A stretch of DNA of 64,000 nucleotides from Octopus vulgaris (Eukaryota). Positions 54,418 through 64,000 of this stretch are shown piece by piece. The position numbers and the translations under genes were made by a program. The stretch spans positions 91,202,001-91,266,000 of the forward strand of contig OX597814.1 of the NCBI GenBank assembly GCA_951406725.2, in the 5' to 3' direction. The notes beneath the pieces are model-generated. The model was not told the origin of the DNA, ran no database searches, and saw only the letters and a program-made list of their open reading frames with translations. Positions within the stretch are counted from its first letter, which is position 1; every line of letters begins with the position of its first letter.

Positions 54418-54981
54418 TGGAGTGAGAGAGCAGCGCATGCCATCAAATTGATACTGGGCTACAATTATACGATGCCCAATATACCTATCATGACTACCCT
54501 TCTGATAAGGTTATACCAGGCATATGCATCACAATGACATGTGCGTGACATGGTGACATTATATCAAGATAAACAGCGCGTGACCTTGTAGGTGGGGCTC
54601 AATTAGAATTTTCTTCAGGTTGAGTAGCCCATGCCGCTCAAAAGGACCCTGAACAAGGTGATGTTTAATGATGTTGAATGAAACAACCATGTTTCCAGAG
54701 GTGTATTATTCAAACCCCAAGGAGTTCCTCTCAACCCATGGGTATGATGCTCTCCCGCTATTTCTGATCGTGATCAGAGATACACATATCGTCAGCTACC
54801 AAGGGACATGCTCAACTGGTTAAGGTCTAACAAGTGACAAGCAAATCTCTGGTATTGACTAGAATTTTTACTGTAGCCCATCTTTTATACCAAGACAAAG
54901 CAACGTACATGATAACACTTTCAGTCGATTAAAATTAAAAGCCATGCGAGCCGCCACTGCCTGGTATTATATCAGGGCATT
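54418..54981. mobile_element. ~560-bp putative non-autonomous element between (TTA)n tracts
   Basis: GC-richer, non-coding block sharply bounded by ttattattat on the left and (TTA)n on the right. Resembles an abundant octopus repeat from recall only; unverified. Confidence 0.5.
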
Positions 54982-55010
54982 TATTATTATCATTATCATT
55001 ATTATTGTTA

Positions 55011-55105
<95 letters not shown>

Positions 55106-55108
<3 letters not shown>

Positions 55109-56088
55109 TAGTTTTATTTTTATAGCGTGCTTTCACTTCACTACCGAGCGCAGCGCTGTTTGCCTTAGGTATATGTGCTGTGATTTGTTGTGATGGTCTG
55201 ATGGTTCTTGTGTTCTGCGTAGGATGTGTGCAGTGCCTAGTAGTGCAATTTTCTGTATGTCATATGTGTTTGTAATTCCTGGTGTTTTTGTTATGTATTT
55301 GTCTGAATATTTTTTATCATGCCTAATGCACCTACTATGATAGGAATCGTTTCTGTTTTTAGATTACACATTCTGGTTACCTCTATTTCCAGGTCTTTGT
55401 ATTTTGAAAGTTTCTCCATTTCTTTTAGAGACACGTTGTCATCTGCCGGTATTGATAATTGTCCATCTCCACATATTCTGCAGTTACTTGTTATATTTCT
55501 TTTCATTACATGTTTTTGGTAATTTCTGGTGGGGAGGCTTTGGTCTTGTGCTGCAATTAAAAATCCCTCTGTCTCTGCTTTGAGTCCTGAGCTTCTCAAC
55601 CATTGCTGGGATCTTTCTTTGTCTATTTCTTTTGCGTTTAGTTTAGTCCAGTATTTACCATGAAGGGGCTTTTCTTGCCATCGTTTTATCATGGTTCGTT
55701 GCTGTTCTATTTTTAGTTTGGATTTCATTTGTTTTATAGCTTTTGTTGTTTCTTCTTCTTCTTCTTCTTCTTCTTCTTCTTCTTCTTCTTCTTCTTCTTC
55801 TTCTTCTTCTTCTTCTTCTTCTTCTTCATCATCATATTTGTTAGGTGGTATGATTTCTTGTTTGTATTTGTCAGATTCCTTAAATACTGAGAAAAAGATT
55901 TTGTTTTGCTCTTGTTTTGCCGCTATTTGTATCAGTTTCCCTTGCTTCTGAAGTAGGTATTTTTGCAGTCCTATGGTGGTTATTTTATAATAGTTTTCCA
56001 GCTTTATAAGGCCTCTACCACCCTCTATACGTTGTATGTATAGCCTTTCTATGTCAAATTTTGGGTGATGCATCCTAGATCCTGTCAT
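55106..56088 (-). mobile_element. 5'-truncated, relatively young R4/Dong LINE inserted in (TAA)n
   Basis: Open frame HPKFDIERLYIQRIEGGRGL...PLHGKYW...GLKAETEGFLIAAQDQSLPTRNY...CRICG...SIP.D.N...KLSKYKDL...IPIIVGALG. A 3' UTR follows, and (TAA)n lies on both sides. Confidence 0.92.
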
Positions 56089-56111
56089 TATTATTATTAT
56101 TATTATTATTA

Positions 56112-56172
<61 letters not shown>

Positions 56173-56896
56173 CATCATCATCATCATATTATTGCATACG
56201 TAGGGATTCTTGTCTCATTTTATTTAACACACACACACAAACTCACACACTCACATATTTAGATAGATAGACAGGTATGTACGTATGCATACAGGCAGGC
56301 AGGCAGGCAGCCACGTATATAACGATTAGATAGATACTTGTTCGTTGTGCTATAAGTTTTACAAAAGTTCACTGGAAATAAATGCAATGCTTCACAGCAA
56401 CAGGAAACAAGAAAAACTATTTGGTTTTTTTTTTTTGCTTATTCTTTGAAGGCCAATAGTGTTGCAACGGAAAAAGTGACAATGCTGAAAAATATCTGGA
56501 TATAATGATGGCAATTTCTGCAATTTCTGGGAATGGAACATTGCTAATTTTGATATTTAATTGTTAAAAATAGAAAAATGTTTTCCAAAATACAAACATT
56601 TACAGCTATGATATTTTCACCTCACCTATTCTAAGTATTGATGAAAGCAATGTTGATTTGTTACTTTCAGCGATAGTTCAGCAGACCCATCAAACGTGTA
56701 ATTGCATGCGATTAGCAGATGCAGAAAACATGTCCTCAAGATACAATACATACCATCATTCGAAGAACTTTTATGTTTACTGATTTCCCCCTCCCATACG
56801 AAATTAGCGTTATAAGAAATGGAAACGTTAAGGTAGTTTATTTTCATTCCGTCAATGCTGACACCGCCAAAGTTAATGCTGTTTCTACGTCTCCTT

Positions 56897-57050
56897 TTGC
56901 TACTGCTGCTGCTCCCTCCTCCTCCTCCCTCTCCTCCTACAAATACTACTACTACTACTACTACTACCACTGCTGCTGCTGCTGCTACTACTAATACTAC
57001 TATTACTGCTGCTGCTACCGCTGCTGCTACTACTGCTACTACTACTACTT
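56897..57050. repeat. Mixed trinucleotide tract (CTG/CCT/CTA)n
   Basis: Directly visible. Confidence 0.9.
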
Positions 57051-57814
57051 TCGGTAAAATGTGGATTACCACAAACTATCTTTATATATATTATATATGC
57101 TTTTACACACTCACACACACACACATACACACACAAACACACATTCATACACACACAGACAAACACAGACACACACACACACACCCGTACAGACACATGT
57201 ACAGACAAGTCTATAAGTGTGTGCCAGCGCATTTCGATTCTGTCCACGTCTATCCCCATTATTATTAACTGCTAATTTACTAATTTTACTATTAACTGTA
57301 CTTTGATTTTCAGTTCCAAATTAAAGGAAAATCGGAGATTCGTCTTGGAGTTTGTGTCATGAATTTTTCTTATATTTTGTCTTATATTGTCACCCTCTCT
57401 CTCTCTCTCTGTCTCCCTGCCTATCTCTCTGTCTTCCTGCTTCTCTCTTTCTCTCTCACAGACATAATTATATGTATGTAGATACGTATATGTATGCATG
57501 TGTGCAATGTTTTGCCTATGTACCCTGCATACAAACCTAAAACCCTATGTACTTTTTAATATTTACTAATTGTAGTTTACATAACGATTACTAAAATTAT
57601 TTTTTAAGCATTTTCCGAAATTACAAACAATAAATCTATAGAATATTTTCTACCAAAGGAAAACAAATAAAAATTAAAATAAATCAAAATATACTATAGA
57701 AAGGTGTAGGAACGCAAACCGATACAAATATTTATGAAATAAAACGTATCTAGCATTTTGTAACAAAACTCAATAAAACAACAACAAAAAAAGCTGAAGA
57801 ACACGACCTTCATG

Positions 57815-57910
57815 GTTGTCTAGGTAAGAAGCTAGCATTGTAACCATGTGTTCAGGATCCTATTTAGCGACTTCTTAAGTATGTCACTTCTACTATAGCC
57901 CCGGGCAGAT
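57815..57910 (+). mobile_element. Degenerate head fragment of the 60490 SINE family
   Basis: ggtaagaagctagc...aaccatgtgttcagg...cttctactatagccccgggc resembles 60510-60600. Confidence 0.5.
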
Positions 57911-58992
57911 CAATACCTGATCTAACATGCTCTAATGATATTAGCAGTGAAACAATCCTGACTATTCTAACGACATTACCAGAATATGTAGCAACGCTAG
58001 CCGTCGTTGTAGCACGATGAAATCAGCGATAGCTTTGCCAGCTTATACTTTGACTCTGTTAATGGTGAAACACTTCTGATAACATCCACAACGAATCTAA
58101 ATGATACTATGAATATAAATGATGTGTATGTCACTATTAATAATCGTGCTAACTGTATGAAATACCATCATTATAATGGCAGTAACATTTCTAATAATAA
58201 CCATCCTGAACACTCTTAGGGAAGCCCGCCGAATACGAGTAATTCTATTGGGTCTAACTATAAAAGCATCAAGCTGCATTCTTCGAACAACACTGAAAGT
58301 ATTTATGTCCATAAATCTCTTAAATTATGTAACTGTAAACTACAAATTCCTATGTCCCCTCAATAATTTATGCCTTAATAAATATATTATCTTCAGGTAT
58401 AACAACTATTCTAACCACATTTACCTCCATCGGTTCAAGTTCTTCCGAATTTTAGCAATCGTTCTTTCAGTTTTAATAAACATAATAAGAGTAAGGTTAC
58501 ATCACACGCAGAAAAAATGTTAATTAAAAGACAAATAGACTAGATTTCTAATTACCTGAAGCCTAATAAAATATGTATTACCCTACTCATACAATATGTA
58601 TTACCAAATACATATGATATGTATGGTTGTATGGGAAATACTTAAATGTTCAAGTAATATCCTTTAAAAATCTAGGGAACGTGTACTGCGCTTGAAACCC
58701 ATTTTCATACTTTCTGGTTATCTTTAACTTCATAGCTCCTATGAAGCCATATTTTTAACGTGTTCACAACTACTTGTCTCATATAAATATTATTTAAAGC
58801 AGTATGTCACATTTTCTCATTATTTTATATAAGGGTATGTATGTGTGTGAGTGTATGTGCATCTCTGTATCTGTGTATATATATGTTTGTATTTATGAAT
58901 ATATATGAACTTATGTATATATGTGTGTATGTGTGTGTGTATGCTTATATATTTATCTACATCTATATTTATCCATCTATCTACTTATCCAT

Positions 58993-59035
<43 letters not shown>

Positions 59036-60066
59036 GTGTATATGTTCACAGGTATAGACATATATCTATGCATAGGTGGATCTGTAACAGTATTTGGAAT
59101 GCGTTTACTTGTGTGTGCAGATATGCATGTCCATCATGTACATATATTCGTATGTATATATGTGCGTGCGTGTGTATGTGTGTTTGTGTGTATGAGTTTG
59201 AGTGTGAATAAGTGTGTGTCTATTGTACTTGTGTTGGACAGAAAGAGACGAAAAATTGATGACACTTTTATGGCTTCTGCTGCTTTGAAGTTCGTCGCCA
59301 TTTATCTCTCGTAACTGATACAATATCTGCTTGGTTTGATGACCTTTAATGTAAACTCGAGGCTATAGCATGTCTGTGATTCTTGTATGTTCTCAGTGCA
59401 AATATCAGCTATAGAATAATTTAGATAAGTGTATCTCAATAATATAGTCGTTTGATGTCTCTGCTTCTCACATGCATGTTCAAAACGTACCTTCCGATTT
59501 TCTTATAAATTTGAAAGTTATTTTTAAAGAGCCACTAATCTAACGTCATATTTTTAACATCTTTCCTATTTAAAGTTTTACCTGAATACGGTGAATTATA
59601 TGTCATGATGTAATCTATGAATAAATCAATAAAATTCATCTGAAACAGCTGTCATAAATTTCAATCAGCATTTGTAGTGCTATTCATATCTACGCTATAC
59701 CTAGAACCAACGATAGAGTCGAATCTACGATTTAACTTGTATTTACTACTTACATATCTACACAATCTTACCAACGCTTGACACCTTCATTGTTGTTTAC
59801 CTCACGGTGAACTCTATTTTATCGGACCTATTTCTGGCACCCCAAATGTTTACGTACCTAGGTTCTACTGAATCCTTATAGGTAGTGAAAATATTTATGT
59901 GTGTATGTTTGTGTATGTCTTTGTGTGTATGGATATATGGTGAAACATTGAAACCTGCAGTTTAAATTAATTTTCTGTATATACATTAGCGAATCGCTAA
60001 ATCATCCATTAATTTGGATGTCGAAAACACATGTAATGCTAGAGAAGCCAGCTGAAGTAAGCCAAG

Positions 60067-60132
60067 ATCGAGCGGGCTTAACTGATGAGGCATCAATTGC
60101 CGAAACTGACGTCAGTATTAAGAATTCTTGAT
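60067..60132 (+). ncRNA. Type I hammerhead ribozyme, complete canonical core with extended stem I
   Basis: Stem I CTTAA 60077-81 pairs with TTAAG 60118-22. Core CTGATGA 60082-88. Stem II GGCA-TCAAT-TGCC 60089-101. GAAA 60102-105. Stem III is the palindrome ACTGACGTCAGT 60105-116. Cleavage triplet GUA, predicted cut after 60117. Distal stem I ATCGAG 60067-72 / CTTGAT 60127-32 (one G-U) lies beyond an internal loop. Confidence 0.92.
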
Positions 60133-60445
60133 GGGCATTTTTCGGAGGATTCAGCTCCTTGTTAGTGTATATGTTTTCATTCATTTGCATTAATTACAGC
60201 ATTGAACACATTAGCTTGTATTTCTAGAAATGTAGTTGTTTCTGAACACCCTAGTCATAGTTAGTGAGAGTTATATATCTCGTATTTGGTGAAACAGTGC
60301 AAACTGCTGTTTATGTTATATATATATATATATATATATATTTATTTATTTATAATAAGAGTAGATCGTATACGAGTGGGTATATATTTGTAAAAAAGAA
60401 GTTTGAAAACGCCACTATATTAGATAAATTTTAATTTTCTTATGA

Positions 60446-60491
<46 letters not shown>

Positions 60492-60662
60492 GCGCAGGAG
60501 TGACTTTGTGTAAGAAGCTTGCTTCCCAACCACATGGATCTTGGTTCAGTCCCACTCTGTGGCACCTTGGCCAAGTGTCTTTTGCTATAGCCTCTGGCCG
60601 ACCACAGTTTGTCAGTCTATTTGGTAGACGGAAACTGAAAGAAGCCCCTTCGTATATATGCA

Positions 60663-60703
<41 letters not shown>

Positions 60704-60910
60704 TTTTTATATCTGTGTTTGTGTCCCCACCACCATCGCATGACAACAGATGTTGGTGTGTTTACGTCCCCACAACTCAGTGGTTCGGAAAAACAGACCG
60801 ATAGAAGTAGTACTGGGATTACAAAGAATAAGTCCTGGGTGGATTTGTTCGAAATAAGGCGGTGCTGTATCATAGCCGAGGTTAAATGACTGAAATAAAA
60901 AGAAACAAGA
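60492..60910 (+). mobile_element. tRNA-derived SINE with internal (TA)n
   Basis: gcgcaggagtgactttgtgtaagaagcttgcttcccaaccacatgg...ggttcagtccc (A and B boxes), a ggcaccttggccaagtgtc central domain, and a 3' gactgaaataaaagaaacaagaata tail. Confidence 0.85.
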
Positions 60911-60923
60911 ATACATATGTGTG

Positions 60924-60996
<73 letters not shown>

Positions 60997-61622
60997 CAAT
61001 TTTCTTTTTTTTTTTCATTTCAACCGAGATATAGACAGACAAATCTCAGCTTAGCAAATGCAGAGACATATTTCACCACGGCTTTAAAATGAATCTTAAA
61101 TCCAAAGACGAAAGGAAATAAACGACTCGTTACATGCACTTTCATAGTTCTATTACTACAGAATCCTGCTAAATGGCAAAAAAAAAACAAAATAAACTTA
61201 TCTAGGTGAGAAACGGGTCACATTATATTGATAGCCTAACCATGCACACAGAGTGCTAATGGCCTCTCTCTTACCTCTTTATCTTTCTATCTGTCTCCTT
61301 TTTGTCCTCGTCTTCCTTGTATCAATCTAACCCTATTGTTAACTCGCAATCAACGATACCCCTGGATCTATGAAGGTTGTTACAGAACTCAATAGTCTCG
61401 CAATATACCTACTACCACCTTACTTACACATATTAAGGTATTGGACGCATTTATACACATGAAGTCTCATTGTCTATGATATAGATTATCACCACATTTC
61501 CCTATGTCATAGGTGCACCATCCTACCAGATTGCAATTGAATATATCATCATAGGTGCATTTAGCAGAATGCACAAACATTCGGACTAAGTTCCAGCAGA
61601 ATCTTCCCGTCAAATTTATACT

Positions 61623-62486
61623 TACGTTGCCTGATCAATATATATCCGGACTGTTGCTATAATAACGAAACTAAAGCTCGGAGAGAAAAGTCGCCTGTCA
61701 TAGACTCCCCCTGAACACTCTTGTGCATGTCCACTAAGTTGTTTACAGCAGTGCTTGGAGGAAACGTGTGAAGCGTGTTATCACCGCATTGACCATGACA
61801 GTAAGTTGAGCAGAGAATCTGCATAAAATTTTACCAAAAGCTTAGCGATACCTGCTCAGTGGGCTACGCAAAGTTTTAAAAACATCTCATCGTTCTCGAC
61901 ACAATCAAAGTGATCTTATGCAACTGAAACCTGAGTGTCTGTTTGGTCAGCCGAAAGCAGTTTCAGCACAAACTTAGCAGTCACACGTCTCATACCCATA
62001 TCTTCAGTGATAATGGACTGAACCGAACCATAACTAATCTGCCCATCTTCTGATAACACACGGATGGTGATTCGCAAAATTTCCCTCACACGTACATGCT
62101 CATTTGCGATATCTTCCTCAGAACTGCTGGATGCGGGTCTCTCAGAACGTTCGTCAATATCCACGTTTCTTCGGCCATCTTGGAAACGTCTGAACCACTC
62201 GTACATTTGTGTCCGGCTCATTCACTCCTCTCCATACACTTTCTGCGTAGACGTCTGACCTGGTAGCGCCATGACAGCTTTCTCTGTGATGGTCAATGGA
62301 CCGAATACACGCTACACACTTTCATTCCAAGCAGTGCTGTAAACAGCGGAAGTAAGTTAGAACATCAAAACGTAGTGCGCATGCACAGCTGTATTGGAGG
62401 TCGATCTGTGCCAAGCGGCTTTACTCTGCGTTATTTAGCTTCCTGAATATGGTAACAGTCCTGATACTTATTACTCAGACCTCGTA
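61623..62486. mobile_element. Mariner-derived non-autonomous element built from two inverted 5' ends
   Basis: TA-flanked TIRs tacgttgcctgatcaatatatatccggactg / cagtcctgatacttattactcagacctcgta. The minus ORF 61916-62221 is a mariner HTH (MSRTQMYEWFRRFQDGR...RSERP...RITIR...ISYGSV..I...MGMRRVTAKFV.KLLS). Confidence 0.88.
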
Positions 62487-63513
62487 ATTGGCAGTTTCGT
62501 TGCACTTCTTTAATATTCAAAAACTTCATTCCAAACTGAGACTCAGCTCTTTTTACTAACAAACGAATCCATATACTATTCCACGCCAATATAATAATCG
62601 TCTTAATATTTACATATTGTCTACCACTGCTTTCCATGCTGCGCTCTTTACTCCAACACTCATTCTGAAAAATGATATTTGCGCATACATACACTCTACT
62701 CTGTTACTCAAATTTTTAATCGCGATTTTTACAATATATCCAGTTTATATTCTCTCCCTTTCACTTTCCTAAGTGTTCCTTTTCTCGCTAACAGAAAACT
62801 TATCGGGTATTTTATTCTTTGCATTGAATATGCGTATCTTTGTCTTTACTTCTCTCCAAAAGCATCAATGAAACTTCATTACGCTATATTGTGATGTGCT
62901 TCTAATTCCCCAACGCAGACAAAACGGAATACCATATCTCCCTGGGTGAGGGCTATAATATAATCGGCAAGGTAACGGTAAACCGAACCGAAGTGTTTAC
63001 TGATTTGCAGTTGAGGCTCCTGTTGTCCAATTAGACATGAATATCACAAAATGTATTACTGTTTATAAAGATAAAAATCAGTACTAAATGAATACTGAGA
63101 TGTGTGCCGTTAGACATTAAAAATCGTGTTACGGTCATTGGCTCTGGTTTTAGAAATATTGTTTAGTGTGACGTCTATATCTGCCCGAGGAAACATGAAT
63201 CGACTCCAAAAAGCTCAGCAAAACATATTGAAAACTTGAAAGAAATTTCATGGAAAACTTTACAGTATGTACAAAGGCGTTAGCAGTAGCTTTAAAACAA
63301 GCTACAATGAAAGGATAAATAGCGAAGCTTGCATTTTCACTTAATACCATTCTGAAATGTTTGTCCTTCAGCTAAAGTACGTTCAGCCACTTAAACAAAT
63401 GCACCAACATTGTTTATTTCGTGTTTTTAGGTTTTTATTCTCGAGTGTCTATTATGCGTTTTTCTTATCCCCCATTTAGTCGCTTTAATCTTCCACGGGT
63501 TTTTTCTGTAATA

Positions 63514-63656
<143 letters not shown>

Positions 63657-64000
63657 GCTCTTTATTTCTCTTTCCTTCCAAGCCCCTCATTCTCTTCCTG
63701 GCTATCCCCTTATGTTTACGTTTTATTTTACTCATAAATAGCGTTCTACTTACATGACCCCGCGCACATTATTTACTTGCCCTCTGCATGAAGACACAAA
63801 TACACACTAACACACACAGAGACACACACGCATACACACACACACATACACACACACACGCACACATACATACACGCATACACACACTCACACACTTACA
63901 CACATGCGTAAACACACATGTATAACATACATCATATATGTATATATATATATATATACATGAGACCATGTTACATATATATTTGTGTTTCTTACTGCTA

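Noticed and set aside
55291-56187. 298-aa ORF as a host gene
   Set aside because: The N-terminus is translated (ATG)n/(ATA)n repeat and the rest is a truncated, internally deleted Dong ORF.
56607-56832. Possible plus-strand exon with AG acceptors and an AAG|GTAGTT donor
   Set aside because: Frames from the acceptors hit stops before the donor, and no peptide is recognisable.
58097-58312. RRASLRVFRMVII peptide resembling a GPCR TM6 entry
   Set aside because: Short, has no CWxP or NPxxY motif and no supporting neighbouring exons.

Overview
AT-rich eukaryotic (animal) DNA, full of microsatellites, tRNA-derived SINEs and decayed transposons. The SINE families and repeat load look like a coleoid cephalopod, most likely Octopus (inference). 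I find no intact host protein-coding gene. Most entries in the ORF track are translations of (TA)n, (CA)n and (TTA)n repeats. Recognisable coding relics are seven R4/Dong-clade non-LTR fragments, one decayed Penelope-like element (RT plus GIY-YIG, about 50.9-53.2 kb, minus), a CR1-type RT fragment and two mariner derivatives. There is also a non-autonomous Helitron. The most interesting signal is RNA structure. A canonical, complete type I hammerhead ribozyme lies at 60067-60132 (+) in otherwise unique-looking sequence, at the tip of a ~170-nt rod-like fold bounded by an 8-bp direct repeat. Five further hammerhead or hammerhead-like motifs occur at about 1.1, 3.4, 10.25, 15.5 and 45.6 kb, three of them in inverted, Penelope-pLTR-like arrangements and most next to microsatellites. 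All structures and protein similarities were assessed by eye; no database search or folding program was run.
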